From contig CAJXKO010000008.1 of the NCBI GenBank assembly GCA_913055845.1, positions 2,881 to 66,880 on the forward strand: 64,000 nt of DNA, read 5' to 3'. A model generated the notes under the pieces. The model did not search any database and was not told the origin of the DNA. It saw nothing but the letters and a program-made list of their open reading frames with translations. This stretch comes from an uncultured Bacteroidota bacterium. GTDB lineage: Bacteria; Bacteroidota; Rhodothermia; Rhodothermales; Salinibacteraceae. This document shows positions 36,143 to 45,950 of the stretch, one piece after another; the first letter of the stretch is position 1; the number at the start of each line of letters is the position of its first letter. The position numbers and the translations under genes are program-made.

Positions 36143-36697
36143 CTAAGACGTTTCCTGCAGCAGCGACTCCAGCACCGGACGGAGGCGGTCCTCGGTAGTC
36201 ATGCCCGGAATGTGCTTCCGGATCTTGCCCTCGGGGCCGATCACGAACGTCATGGGGAGCCCCCGCACGCCGCCGTACTTCTTTGCAATGGTGCCGTCGC
36301 CCAGCCCGATCGGGTAGTTGATGCCCATTTTGTCGGCGAACGCCTGGACCTGCTTGGGCCCGGCGCTTCGTTCGAGCGCCACGCCCACGAACTGCAGGCC
36401 CTGGTCGCCAAGGTCCTGCTGCATAGAGACAAAGTCCGGAATCTCGCGACGGCACGGCGGGCACCACGTGGCCCAAAAGTTGAGCACCACCACGTGGCCG
36501 CGGTGCTCCTCGAGCCGAAAGGTCTCGCCGTTCAGGGTTTGGAGGGCAAAGTTGGGGGCCTCGGTGGCCGCGCCCCCTGGGCTGGCGGTAGCGGGCGAGC
36601 CCGGTTGCTCAGCCATAACGAGGGCAACAATCCCGCCCACGACGAGCAGCCCCGCCGCAAACGAGCCGATCCAGTTCGGAAAAGAGAAATTCAGCAT
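36143..36697 (-). CDS. TlpA-family thiol:disulfide oxidoreductase, tandem paralog
   Basis: ORF 36143..37009. Start is ATG 36697 (MLNFSFPNWIGSFAAGLLVVGGIVALVMA TM anchor). VVLNFWATWCPPCRREIP active site. Confidence 0.85.
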   Translation of the reverse strand: MLNFSFPNWIGSFAAGLLVVGGIVALVMAEQPGSPATASPGGAATEAPNFALQTLNGETFRLEEHRGHVVVLNFWATWCPPCRREIPDFVSMQQDLGDQGLQFVGVALERSAGPKQVQAFADKMGINYPIGLGDGTIAKKYGGVRGLPMTFVIGPEGKIRKHIPGMTTEDRLRPVLESLLQETS

Positions 36698-36795
36698 TGG
36701 TGTAGAGCGGTCGTCTCCAAGAAGCGAACAGAAGGGAAGGGGCCGGAAGACCGGCGGACGACCCCCAGGCGTCAACTGGGGGCGGATGGAGACGA

Positions 36796-37164
36796 CTAAA
36801 TCTGTAAAACGACCGGGCGGAGGTGGTCCAGCACAGCGGAGCCCAACGGAGAAGGCGCACGCAGGAGCGCGTCGAAAGGAACGGCCCGGGAGGGGAGTGT
36901 GGTCGTCCCGGACGACACGTCGCCGAGGGCGAAGGACGACGGAGAATCCAGCCGTTCCGGCGATACCGCCCGGACGATCGTCGCGGCCGAGGCCTCCGTA
37001 CAGGTCCACTGGGGGCCGGACGCAACGGTTGACGTCACGGCAGGCGCGGTAGAGAAGGCGGCCGCCCGGCTGCAGGGAGACTGCATGAGAGGGCCAACGG
37101 CCAAAAACAGGCCAAGTACGACGGCCCAGCTACCAATGGAGAGGGAAGACCGGAGGCGATGCAT
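36796..37164 (-). CDS. Hypothetical small secreted protein (tentative)
   Basis: ORF 36796..37245. ATG 37164 gives MHRLRSSLSIGSWAVVLGLFLAVGPLMQ. Third codon positions are GC-rich. No family recognised. Same strand as the two TlpA-like genes and upstream of them. Confidence 0.35.
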   Translation of the reverse strand: MHRLRSSLSIGSWAVVLGLFLAVGPLMQSPCSRAAAFSTAPAVTSTVASGPQWTCTEASAATIVRAVSPERLDSPSSFALGDVSSGTTTLPSRAVPFDALLRAPSPLGSAVLDHLRPVVLQI

Positions 37165-37336
37165 GAGGCGGGATTGGTTTTGCATGCGCAAATATCCCAA
37201 CTTTCGCCGTCCAAAACGAGTTCCGTTTTGTGGTCGGAGGGGCAACTACGGGCTCGTCCCCCATCGGACGCGAACCCCATCCCCGACGGTCTGGTAGAAC
37301 AAGGCGCTGTGCGCCCCCACCAAGTCTCCTCCCCGT

Positions 37337-38458
37337 ATGTCCTTCCCTGCGTCGTCGAGTCCAGCCGTCACCTCCCTCCGCTCGACGGGCCGCACTCCAA
37401 TTCTGTTCACTGTCAACATGGGGCTGGAAGACGTGGTGATCAATGAGTTCCGGGTGCGGGCCGAACAGGCAGGGCTGGAGGTGTCCAAGACCGACGATGA
37501 ACCGTTTGGACTGCAGAGCTACGCCCTTGTGGCAGTGGACGCCGCCCCCGAGGCGGCGCTCAACATTGCCCGGCAGATGCGATCGGTACACCACGTGCTG
37601 GCTCCGCTCTATACGTTCGTGTTCCCGGGCGACGGTGAGGCGGCGCTCCAGGCGATTCACGATACTGTGATGGAGCTCGACGTGCCGGCCATGGAGACTG
37701 CGGAGACCTTTCGTGCCTCCTCGGTGCGGCAGGGCGAGCACGATTTCACGAGTGTCGACGTGCAGAAGTGGGCCGGTGGGGCCCTCGATGCCCGTTACGA
37801 CGCGGCCGTCGACCTTGAAGACTACGACGTAGAGGTACGGGTAGACGTGCACGACGACCGCTGCCTCGTGAGCGTGCAGCACACGCGGGAGGCCCTGAGC
37901 CGGCGCCAGCTGGAGGGATACCAGCCCCGAGCCGCGCTCAAGGCCAACGTGGCCTATGCGCTTCTCCACCTCGCCCACTTTGAGGGCTCGCCCGACGTGC
38001 TCCTCGACCCCTTCTGCGGCTCCGGCACCATTCTCCTGGAGGCGGCCGAGCGGTGGCCGGAGACGCGCGCTTACGGCAACGACTGGGACGAGGAGGCCGT
38101 GGCAGGGGGCCGCACGAACGTGGGGCTCGCGGGAGTCGACGACCGGGTTTCCATCCGCAAGGGCGACGTGTGGCACCTCGCGGAGACATTTGAGGACGTA
38201 ACGGCGGACCTCATCGTCACCAATCCCCCCTTCGGGGTGCGCATGGCCAGCAGCATGGACTTCTTCCCGTTTTACCGCCGCGTGCTTGAACAGATGGCCG
38301 CGGTGCTGCGTCCCGCCGGAACTGTCGTGATGCTGGTCCTCCGCGAAGGGCCCTTCAACGCGGCGATCAGCGAGACGGCGGCCTTCACCATCCGCCACGT
38401 GCGGGTGATCGAGATTGGCGGGCTCTACCCACACGTGTTCGTGCTGGAGCGGCACTAG
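37337..38458 (+). CDS. THUMP-domain class I SAM-dependent RNA methyltransferase
   Basis: 373 aa. N-terminal ferredoxin-like/THUMP region. Methyltransferase motifs LLDPFCGSGTILLEAA (motif I) and LIVTNPPFG (motif IV, NPPF). Confidence 0.8.
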   Translation: MSFPASSSPAVTSLRSTGRTPILFTVNMGLEDVVINEFRVRAEQAGLEVSKTDDEPFGLQSYALVAVDAAPEAALNIARQMRSVHHVLAPLYTFVFPGDGEAALQAIHDTVMELDVPAMETAETFRASSVRQGEHDFTSVDVQKWAGGALDARYDAAVDLEDYDVEVRVDVHDDRCLVSVQHTREALSRRQLEGYQPRAALKANVAYALLHLAHFEGSPDVLLDPFCGSGTILLEAAERWPETRAYGNDWDEEAVAGGRTNVGLAGVDDRVSIRKGDVWHLAETFEDVTADLIVTNPPFGVRMASSMDFFPFYRRVLEQMAAVLRPAGTVVMLVLREGPFNAAISETAAFTIRHVRVIEIGGLYPHVFVLERH

Positions 38459-38582
38459 GGCGCAATGCATAATACGTGAGGAGTAGTGTGTAGTGTGTAT
38501 TGCGTAGCCCTCGGCGTCGAACATCGAACATCCGACGCTCCAACCTTCGCCCCGAAACGCTCAACTCCCCAACGCCACCCCC

Positions 38583-41057
38583 GTGACCGCCGACGTCGTC
38601 CTGCCCCTTCCGCTCGATCAGGCCTACACCTACCGCGTGCCGGCGGAGCAGGCCGATGCCCTGCAGGTGGGCGCCCGTGTGCTCGTGCCCTTCCGCAACC
38701 GGCGCCTGACCGGGGTGGTCGTAGGGGAGGGGCCACCGCCGGAGGCGCTCGACTTTCAGGTCAAGCCCGTGCACGACGTCCTCGATGACGTGCCAGTGTG
38801 CACCCCTGGGCTTCTGGATCTCACGAAGTGGATTGCCGACTACTACGTGTGCGGCTGGGGGGAAGCGCTGAAGGCCGTCCTGCCCGCCGGCACCACAGTC
38901 GAGTCGGAGCACCGCCTCGCCCGCACCGACGCTGAGCCGGGTGACTGGGCCGGGCACGATGTGGGCCGGGCGGTCCTTGAGGATGTAGCAGAGCACGGCA
39001 AGACGACCCTCGCGGCCGTCCGTAAGCGGTTGGGGCCGGCCGTGCCGCTTTCGCTCATCCGTCGTATGGACGCCGACGGCGTACTCACGCTGGAGACGAC
39101 CCTCTCCGACGAACAGGTGCAGGCCAAAACCGAAATGCACCTGCGCTTTGCCCCGGCGTTTCGGCACGAGGACGCTGCGGACGATCTCATCGAGCAGCTG
39201 CGCGGGGAGAAGCAGCAAGCAGTGATTCGGGCCCTCGCGGGCTTTCGGGCACAGGGCACCCCGGAGCCGCGCCAGGCCGACGTGGTGGAGCGGACCGATG
39301 CGCCCTACTCTACCATCCGCAGCCTCGTGGACAAGGGCATGATTGAACGGGTGGAAAAGGAGGTGCTGCGCTCGCCGCTCGACGACCTGCCGCCCCCGGA
39401 TCCACCGCCCAACCACGACCTACTTCCCGCCCAGCAGGACGCCCTCGACGCCATCACGGAGGCGGTGGGCGACACCCAGTACGGCACGTTTCTCCTGCAC
39501 GGCATCACTGGAAGCGGCAAGACGGAGGTGTACATCCGCGCACTCAAGGCGGTGCGGGCGCAGGGGCGCACCGGCATCATCCTCGTGCCCGAAATTGCCC
39601 TCACCCCGCAGACTGTTCAGCGCTTCCGGTCGCACTTCGCAGGGGAGATTGCCGTTCTCCATTCGCAGATGAGTCGGGGTGAGCGCTACGACGCGTGGCG
39701 GCGACTTCGCACGGGCGACGCCGCCATCGCCATCGGCCCCCGCTCGGCCGTCCTCGCGCCGCTGGAGAACCTGGGGCTCATCGTGGTCGACGAGGAGCAC
39801 GAGACCTCGTACAAGCAGTTCGACCCGGCGCCCCGCTACCACGCCCGCGACGTGGCCGTGATGCGGGCCCACCAGGCCGATGCCGCCTGTGTTCTTGGCT
39901 CGGCGACGCCCAGCCTGGAGAGCACCATGAACGCGCGCTGGGGCAAATACACCCGGCTCGAACTGCCGGAGCGGGTGCCCGACGCCTCTGGCCAGACTGC
40001 CGCCCTCCCCGACGTGCGCGTCCTCGACCTCACGACGCAGCGGAAGAAGCACCAGCTCGACGGCGCCCTGGCCGATCCGCTACGCAGGGCCATCCGGGAG
40101 CGGGTGGACCGGGGCGAACAGGTCATTCTGCTCCAGAACCGCCGCGGCTACGCGCCGGTGCTGGAGTGTGAGGACTGTGGATGGGCCCCGTCGTGTGGCA
40201 ACTGCTCGGTGAGCCTCACGCTGCACCAGGGCGCCGGTCGGCGACAGCTCCGGTGTCACTACTGTGGCCACGCGGTGCGCGCCCCCCATCAGTGCCCGCA
40301 GTGCGGGGGGGAAGCGATCGGACAGATTGGGGTCGGCACGCAGCGCGTGGAGCAGGAGCTGGAGGCGGTGGTTCCCGAGGCCACCATCCTCCGCATGGAC
40401 CGCGACACCACGAGCCAGAAGCACGGCCACCACCGGATTCTGCGCCGCTTCCGCAACGGGGCCGACGTGCTCCTCGGCACGCAGATGATCGCGAAGGGGC
40501 TTGACTTCGGGCGCGTCACGCTCGTGGGCGTGGTGGACGCGGACGTGGGCCTCCTTTTCCCCGACTTTCGCGCCGAGGAGCGCACCTTTCAACTCCTCAC
40601 GCAGGTCGCTGGCCGGGCCGGGCGTGCCGACCTGAAGGGCGAGGTGATCCTGCAGACCCGCAACCCTGACCACCCGGCCCTCCGCCATGCGACGCAGCAC
40701 GACTACGAGGGGTTTGTGGAGGAGGAGTTGCCCACCCGTCGGCAGTTTGGCTACCCGCCGTTCGGGCACGTGGCGACGGTTGAGTTTCGGGGACCGAACG
40801 AGGACCGGGTGGAGCGCCTGGCGGTGAACTGGACGGAGCAGCTGCGTGCCCAGGCCGGACCGGTGGAGGTGATGGGGCCGGAGCCGGCGTTCATCCAGCG
40901 CGTGAAGAAGCAACACCGCTACCGTACCCTTCTCAAATCCCGAAGCGGGGGGGCGCAGCCCCTCCAGGCCGCCCTCTGCCACGCGAAAGACGCCCACGGC
41001 GCCCCGCCCAACGGCTACCACGTGGCCATCGACGTCGATGCGCAAGACGTGCTGTAG
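38583..41057 (+). CDS. priA: Primosomal replication-restart helicase PriA
   Basis: 824 aa with a GTG start. Walker A LLHGITGSGKTEVY, DEEH box VVDEEHETSYKQ, Cys-rich zinc insert (CEDCGWAPSCGNCSVSLTLH...LRCHYCGH...CPQCGG), QVAGRAGR motif. Confidence 0.9.
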   Translation: MTADVVLPLPLDQAYTYRVPAEQADALQVGARVLVPFRNRRLTGVVVGEGPPPEALDFQVKPVHDVLDDVPVCTPGLLDLTKWIADYYVCGWGEALKAVLPAGTTVESEHRLARTDAEPGDWAGHDVGRAVLEDVAEHGKTTLAAVRKRLGPAVPLSLIRRMDADGVLTLETTLSDEQVQAKTEMHLRFAPAFRHEDAADDLIEQLRGEKQQAVIRALAGFRAQGTPEPRQADVVERTDAPYSTIRSLVDKGMIERVEKEVLRSPLDDLPPPDPPPNHDLLPAQQDALDAITEAVGDTQYGTFLLHGITGSGKTEVYIRALKAVRAQGRTGIILVPEIALTPQTVQRFRSHFAGEIAVLHSQMSRGERYDAWRRLRTGDAAIAIGPRSAVLAPLENLGLIVVDEEHETSYKQFDPAPRYHARDVAVMRAHQADAACVLGSATPSLESTMNARWGKYTRLELPERVPDASGQTAALPDVRVLDLTTQRKKHQLDGALADPLRRAIRERVDRGEQVILLQNRRGYAPVLECEDCGWAPSCGNCSVSLTLHQGAGRRQLRCHYCGHAVRAPHQCPQCGGEAIGQIGVGTQRVEQELEAVVPEATILRMDRDTTSQKHGHHRILRRFRNGADVLLGTQMIAKGLDFGRVTLVGVVDADVGLLFPDFRAEERTFQLLTQVAGRAGRADLKGEVILQTRNPDHPALRHATQHDYEGFVEEELPTRRQFGYPPFGHVATVEFRGPNEDRVERLAVNWTEQLRAQAGPVEVMGPEPAFIQRVKKQHRYRTLLKSRSGGAQPLQAALCHAKDAHGAPPNGYHVAIDVDAQDVL

Positions 41058-41087
41058 AGAGTTCGGGACGCGGCCCCGATGGCGGGG

Positions 41088-41741
41088 CTACGTGTCGGGG
41101 GCGGTGTAGTGGCGAAGGAGGGTCCGGACGTGTTCTAGTTCGTCCTCGTTGGTGGTATGGCCAAGGCCTTCGTAGATGCGCGTGGTGACCTCGGCGTTCA
41201 GGGCCCGAAGCACGTCCGCCGTCTCATGCACGCGCGATTCGGGAATGTACGGATCCTCATCGCTGCATCCGAGAATGGCGGGCGTCCCGTCGAGCGAGCC
41301 CTCAAACTCGAAGTCGATGCCCTCGGGGCCAATGAGGCCGCCGCTGAGGCCTACGACACCGCCGTAGCGCTGGGGGGTCTCGGCGGCGTACGTGGTAGCC
41401 AGGCAGGCTCCCTGCGAAAAGCCAAGCAGCACCACCCGCTCCGGGCCAACGCCGTTCGCCTCCACGCTCTCCAGCGCGTCGGCAATGACTTGGAAGGCCG
41501 AGGTAAGCTCCGGCTCATTCTCCTCGCGCGGGGCCATGAACGATTGGGGATACCACGAGCGCATCGCCGCCTGCGGGGCGAGGTGTGCCACCCCCACCAC
41601 GTCGATCGCGTCGGCGAGTCGCAACATGCCCTGCGCCGAGGCCCCGCGGCCGTGCAGCAGCAGAAGAACGGCCTGGGCCTCTTTCAAGGGCGCGCCGCCG
41701 GTGCGCACGGGTTGGTCCCGATGGGGGTCGTTTGTGGACAT
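41088..41741 (-). CDS. Phospholipase/carboxylesterase-family alpha/beta hydrolase
   Basis: 217 aa. LLLLHGRGAS, nucleophile elbow LLGFSQGA, late GLGHT histidine. Confidence 0.75.
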   Translation of the reverse strand: MSTNDPHRDQPVRTGGAPLKEAQAVLLLLHGRGASAQGMLRLADAIDVVGVAHLAPQAAMRSWYPQSFMAPREENEPELTSAFQVIADALESVEANGVGPERVVLLGFSQGACLATTYAAETPQRYGGVVGLSGGLIGPEGIDFEFEGSLDGTPAILGCSDEDPYIPESRVHETADVLRALNAEVTTRIYEGLGHTTNEDELEHVRTLLRHYTAPDT

Positions 41742-41777
41742 GGGAGAGGGAGAGATCGAGGAAACGAGGGCGAGCGG

Positions 41778-42743
41778 TCAGTCGGCAGCGAGGGGCGGGG
41801 TGAGGGTGGGGAGGGCGTCTTCGAGCGTCCCGCGTCGGGATTCGAGGTGGGTGGGGAGCTTGAGGCTGTGGCCCAGCTCCGCTTCGGACTCGTCGGTGAG
41901 AAATCCCGGGCCGTCCGTGGCAATCTCGAAGAGCAGGCCCGAGGTCCAGTCCGGGTCGCGGAAGTAGATGGACTGGAAGTACTGTCGGTCCTTGACGTCG
42001 GTTACCTGCAGGCCGCGCTCGCGGAGGATGGCCTGCCAGTGTTGCTGCGCCTCCGCGTTGGGGGCCCGGAAGGCGATGTGATGCACCATGCCGCGGCCCA
42101 TGCGGCCGGATGGGTGGCGGTCGCGCACGAGCAGGTCGACCGTGGTGCCGACGCCTGTGCGGGGGGACCGGAGCCGCACGCGGTTCCCCTCCGTTCCGGC
42201 CTGCGTCCAGCCAAACACATCCATGAAAAGCTCGGGCGTACGGTCCTCGGTGAAGACCGGCAGGGTGGGCGCATGAATCCCTCGAATCGCGCGCGCTTCG
42301 GGGATTGGGCGCTCGGCCCAAGGGGGCGTGTCGGGGGCGTCGGGCGTGGCCACGAGCTCCAGGGGCAGGCCGCTCGGGTCGGGGACGCGGAGCAGCGACG
42401 CGCCGAAGCGGGTGTCCGTCTCGATGTCCGTGATTCCGTACTCGTTTAGGTGGGTCTTCCAGTCCGGCAGTGTGCCCTCGGGCACGGCAAGGGCAATGGC
42501 CTTCGCCATGCCCGCCCCCGGGCGGCCTTTGGCGGCGCGGGGCCACGGGAAGAACGTAAGCACCGTGCCGGGGCGGCCCGTGGCGTCGCCGTAGTAGAGG
42601 TGGTGCGTGGTGGGGTCGTCGAAGTTGACCGTGGTCTTCACCCGACGCAGGCCGAGCACGCCCACGTAGAAGTCAAGGTTGTCCTGCGCGTCGCCGGACA
42701 GGGCCGTGACGTGATGGATGCCAGGAAGAGCGGCCTCGGGCAT
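41778..42743 (-). CDS. VOC-superfamily ring-cleaving dioxygenase / glyoxalase-family protein (two-module)
   Basis: 321 aa. Starts GIHHVTALSGDAQDNLDFYVGVLGLRRVKTTVNFDDPTTHHLYYGD. The second module has VHHIAFRAPNAEAQQHW...YFQSIYFRDPD...LFEIATDGPGF. This is typical of MhqO/YkcA-type proteins. Confidence 0.7.
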   Translation of the reverse strand: MPEAALPGIHHVTALSGDAQDNLDFYVGVLGLRRVKTTVNFDDPTTHHLYYGDATGRPGTVLTFFPWPRAAKGRPGAGMAKAIALAVPEGTLPDWKTHLNEYGITDIETDTRFGASLLRVPDPSGLPLELVATPDAPDTPPWAERPIPEARAIRGIHAPTLPVFTEDRTPELFMDVFGWTQAGTEGNRVRLRSPRTGVGTTVDLLVRDRHPSGRMGRGMVHHIAFRAPNAEAQQHWQAILRERGLQVTDVKDRQYFQSIYFRDPDWTSGLLFEIATDGPGFLTDESEAELGHSLKLPTHLESRRGTLEDALPTLTPPLAAD

Positions 42744-42779
42744 GGGGGGAAGGTCGGAACGATAGGTGGGCCGGCTCCC

Positions 42780-43226
42780 TTACGCGGCCGGCGTCGAGTC
42801 GGATTGTTTCACGACGGCCAGCGTGCAGCGGCTTGCGCACACGAGCTGGGCGTCCGCATCGCGGATTTTAATTTCCCACACCTGCGTGGTGCGGCCGGTG
42901 TGGAGGGGAGTGGCCGTCGCCGTCAGTTGGCCCTCGCGCACCGGACGCACGTGATTCGCGTTGATCTCTACGCCCACCGCGGTGTGTCCGTCCGGCGCCG
43001 CCAGGTGGCCGCCGACGCTGGCGGCACTCTCGGCAAGGACGACGCTCACGCCTCCGTGCAGCAGCCCAAACGGCTGGTGATGATCGGGCGTGACCGGCAT
43101 CGTGGCCGTCACGCGTTCGGGGCCGCTGTCCTCGATCTCAATGTCGAGCAGGGCGGCCACACCGCCCAGAGAGTCGGACAGCGGCGTATCGTTCGGGCCG
43201 GGGGCGTTTGGCGAAGAGGCGCTCAT
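42780..43226 (-). CDS. PaaI/YdiI-type hotdog-fold thioesterase
   Basis: 148 aa. QPFGLLHGGVSVVLAESAAS core and TGRTTQVWEIKI C-terminal strand are typical of the PaaI family. Confidence 0.8.
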   Translation of the reverse strand: MSASSPNAPGPNDTPLSDSLGGVAALLDIEIEDSGPERVTATMPVTPDHHQPFGLLHGGVSVVLAESAASVGGHLAAPDGHTAVGVEINANHVRPVREGQLTATATPLHTGRTTQVWEIKIRDADAQLVCASRCTLAVVKQSDSTPAA

Positions 43227-43247
43227 GGAAGGGGCAGGGCGCGGCAG

Positions 43248-44513
43248 TTATTCGTCAAACGCCGTCAGCGCAATGGTTGTGTTGTGCCCGCCGAAGCCAA
43301 AGGCATTGGTGAGGGCCGCCTCCACATCCCGCTCGGCCGGCGTGTTGGCCGTGTAGTTGAGGTCGCAGTCCTCCCCTGGCGTGTCGAGGTTGATGGTAGG
43401 CGGCACCTGGCCGTTGCGGATGGCGAGGATGGAGGCGATGGCCTCGGCCGTGCCCGCGGCGCCCAGCATGTGGCCCGTCATGCTCTTGGTGGCAGACAGA
43501 TTGAGGTCGTAGGCGTGGTCGCCGAACACCTCCTTCACGGCGTCGGACTCGATTACGTCGCCCTTGGGGGTGGAGGTGGCGTGCATGTTGATGTGGTCCA
43601 CGTCCGTTGGGGCCAGGCCGGCGTCGTCGAGCGCTTTTTCCATGGCGAGGGCTGCGCCACGACCGTCCGGGTCCGGGGCGGCGTAGTGGTGGGCGTCGTT
43701 CGATTTGCCCACGCCGGCCACCTCGGCGTAGATCGGTGCGCCGCGCTCGCGGGCGTGTGCTAGCGTTTCGAGCATGAGGGCCCCAGCCCCTTCCGCCGGC
43801 ACGAATCCATCCCGGTCCGCATCGAACGGGCGGCTCGCCTTTTTGGGCTCGTCGTTGCGCGTGGAGAGGGCCCGCATCGAGGCAAATCCCCCTACGCAGA
43901 GCTCGTTGATCGAGGCCTCGGTGCCGCCCACCAGCATCGCCTCAGCGTGCCCCTGCCGCAGCAGGAGCAGCCCGTCGGTAATGGCGTCGTTGCCGGTGGC
44001 ACAGGCGCTCACGACGCAGTGGTTGGGACCGCGCAGCGTGTGCTCCATGGCCACCAGGCCCGCCGCCATGTTGCTGATCATCATGGGGACGAAGAAGGGC
44101 GAGATGTGACGCGCGCCGTTCTCGTCGAGGTCCAGCACCGAGTCCACGAAAAGGTTGCTCCCGCCGACGCCGGTCCCGAAGACGACCCCGATGTCGTCCC
44201 GTGTCTCCGGGGCCAGGGCCTCGGTGTCCAGGTTGGCGTCGTCGAAGGCCTGCTGGGCGACGGCCAGTGCGTACTGGCTGAACGGGTCCTGCCGTTTAGC
44301 CAGCTTGGCATCCATGTAGTCGGTGGGGTCGAAGCCGGACACCTCGCAGGCAATCCTGGAGCGCACGTCCGACGCGTCGAACTTTGTGATGGGGCCGGCC
44401 CCGCTTTCCCCGGCCAAAAGGCCCTCCCAGAACTCGGCGACGGAGTGGCCGAGGGGGGTCAGAGCCCCGAGGCCAGTAACGACGACGCGGCGAGAAGAAG
44501 CGGTAGAAGCCAT
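43248..44513 (-). CDS. fabF: Beta-ketoacyl-ACP synthase II
   Basis: 421 aa. RVVVTGLGALTPLG, active-site VVSACATGN, NMHATSTPKGD, KSMTGHMLGAAG, NAFGFGGHN. Confidence 0.9.
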   Translation of the reverse strand: MASTASSRRVVVTGLGALTPLGHSVAEFWEGLLAGESGAGPITKFDASDVRSRIACEVSGFDPTDYMDAKLAKRQDPFSQYALAVAQQAFDDANLDTEALAPETRDDIGVVFGTGVGGSNLFVDSVLDLDENGARHISPFFVPMMISNMAAGLVAMEHTLRGPNHCVVSACATGNDAITDGLLLLRQGHAEAMLVGGTEASINELCVGGFASMRALSTRNDEPKKASRPFDADRDGFVPAEGAGALMLETLAHARERGAPIYAEVAGVGKSNDAHHYAAPDPDGRGAALAMEKALDDAGLAPTDVDHINMHATSTPKGDVIESDAVKEVFGDHAYDLNLSATKSMTGHMLGAAGTAEAIASILAIRNGQVPPTINLDTPGEDCDLNYTANTPAERDVEAALTNAFGFGGHNTTIALTAFDE

Positions 44514-45082
44514 GAACGGAAGCGGGGTGGTCGGCAGTCGATGTTGGAACGCACCGCACGCCCGACGGCCTCAAAGGGCGAGGCACAGGCCCAGGTGTGC
44601 GCAATGGAACGGGCCCGTGCAATCGGTGTGCGGCCGACGGTCATGCGGCGTCGAGGCGAGCGTGCCGGTGCCGCGCTGGCGACGGGAAGAGGACCTCCCC
44701 GCCGAAAGGGCGGGGCAGGAAGTCCCGTGAGGGCACGTATGCACGCGCTCCGGAGCGGGACACCGAGGCCTCGGAATTGTGTTAGTGTAGCGTCCCACCT
44801 GTTTCGAAACAAGGGGTTCCGCCGGGGTCACGCGGATTTAACCAAGTGACGGGGGCACTGTAACGACGCCTCCCCGATCAGCGTGAGGGGGCGACCGCGC
44901 CGTCAGAAAAAGGTCTTCCGGTCCCGACCCCCTGCAGATTCGGGTCAGGCTTTCTTCTGAGATTTGCCTTCTTATATTAGGGGTGTGCATCGGCGGCAGG
45001 TAGCTGGTTGTGCCACAGGCACGAGCCGAAGCTCGCCCCTTCTTTCACTCCGACCCTTCACGAGTCGACTCTCGCAAACGTA

Positions 45083-45916
45083 ATGTCTACCCGTTCTGTC
45101 TTTCGCTTTGATCCCAAGGCCATCCTCGGGTCCTTCTTCATCGGTGTGGTGTTCGTCGTGCTATTCACGGCCCTCACCGGGAATATCTTCGGAAGGCCCA
45201 CATTCCCGCTGCTCGCCATGACCTCGGGCTTTATCCTTGCCGGCGTGGGGTACGGGTACCTCAGTGAAGGGGAAACGGTCATGGAGCCGGCGCTCGCGGC
45301 GGTCCTGGTCTCGGTGGTGGCCTACTTTATCATCGACGCCTTCAGCTTCGAGGCCTTCGGGGACCTGGTCGAAGGCGGACGGTTCACGTACATGATGGTG
45401 GTCGCGTTCTTAAACGGGCTCGTGCTTACATTTGCGGGGGCCTGGGCGGGAGAGACCCTGCAGCGAACCTATGCAGGCTCCAGCGAGTCCGTCCTGGACT
45501 GGGGATGGATCATGGCTGGCACCATCCTCGGGTTTGCCGTGAGCCTTTTCCTCACCAACTTCGTGATTTGGCTCTTTGGGGCCCTGTCGGACGCCCCGGG
45601 CGCGGCGTACGCGGCCCTAGAGCCCTCGAACGTTTGGGTGATGCTCTTCGTCGTGTTTCTGGGACTGGAGGCCACCGGGTACGTGTGCGCATTCCGCTCG
45701 CCGGGGGATACGTCCTACGAGGCCGCCATCGCGGGCCTCATCACGCTCGTCCTCCTGATCGACGTGTTCGTCTTTGCCCTCGGTGGGCAGTCCATCCTCA
45801 CCTACGGCCGCATGATTCTGGTGCTCGTCATCGGGCTTCTGGCCTCCCTCGTGGGTGGGTACATCGGGGAACGCATGCAGACGCGGGTCGAAGGGGCTCG
45901 CCCATCGGAGACGTAG
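45083..45916 (+). CDS. Hypothetical integral membrane protein with internal duplication
   Basis: ORF 45008..45916. Start is ATG 45083 (MSTRSVFRF...). About eight TM segments. The two halves resemble each other (see findings). Confidence 0.55.
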   Translation: MSTRSVFRFDPKAILGSFFIGVVFVVLFTALTGNIFGRPTFPLLAMTSGFILAGVGYGYLSEGETVMEPALAAVLVSVVAYFIIDAFSFEAFGDLVEGGRFTYMMVVAFLNGLVLTFAGAWAGETLQRTYAGSSESVLDWGWIMAGTILGFAVSLFLTNFVIWLFGALSDAPGAAYAALEPSNVWVMLFVVFLGLEATGYVCAFRSPGDTSYEAAIAGLITLVLLIDVFVFALGGQSILTYGRMILVLVIGLLASLVGGYIGERMQTRVEGARPSET

Positions 45917-45950
45917 TCGGCCCGGCGGCATGCCGCCGAGCGACCCGCTG

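Noticed and set aside
44514-45082. An acpP gene expected upstream of fabF.
   Set aside because: No ORF of ACP size with a DSLD-type phosphopantetheine site exists on either strand in this gap. The listed ORFs there are Arg/Pro-rich antisense-type artefacts.
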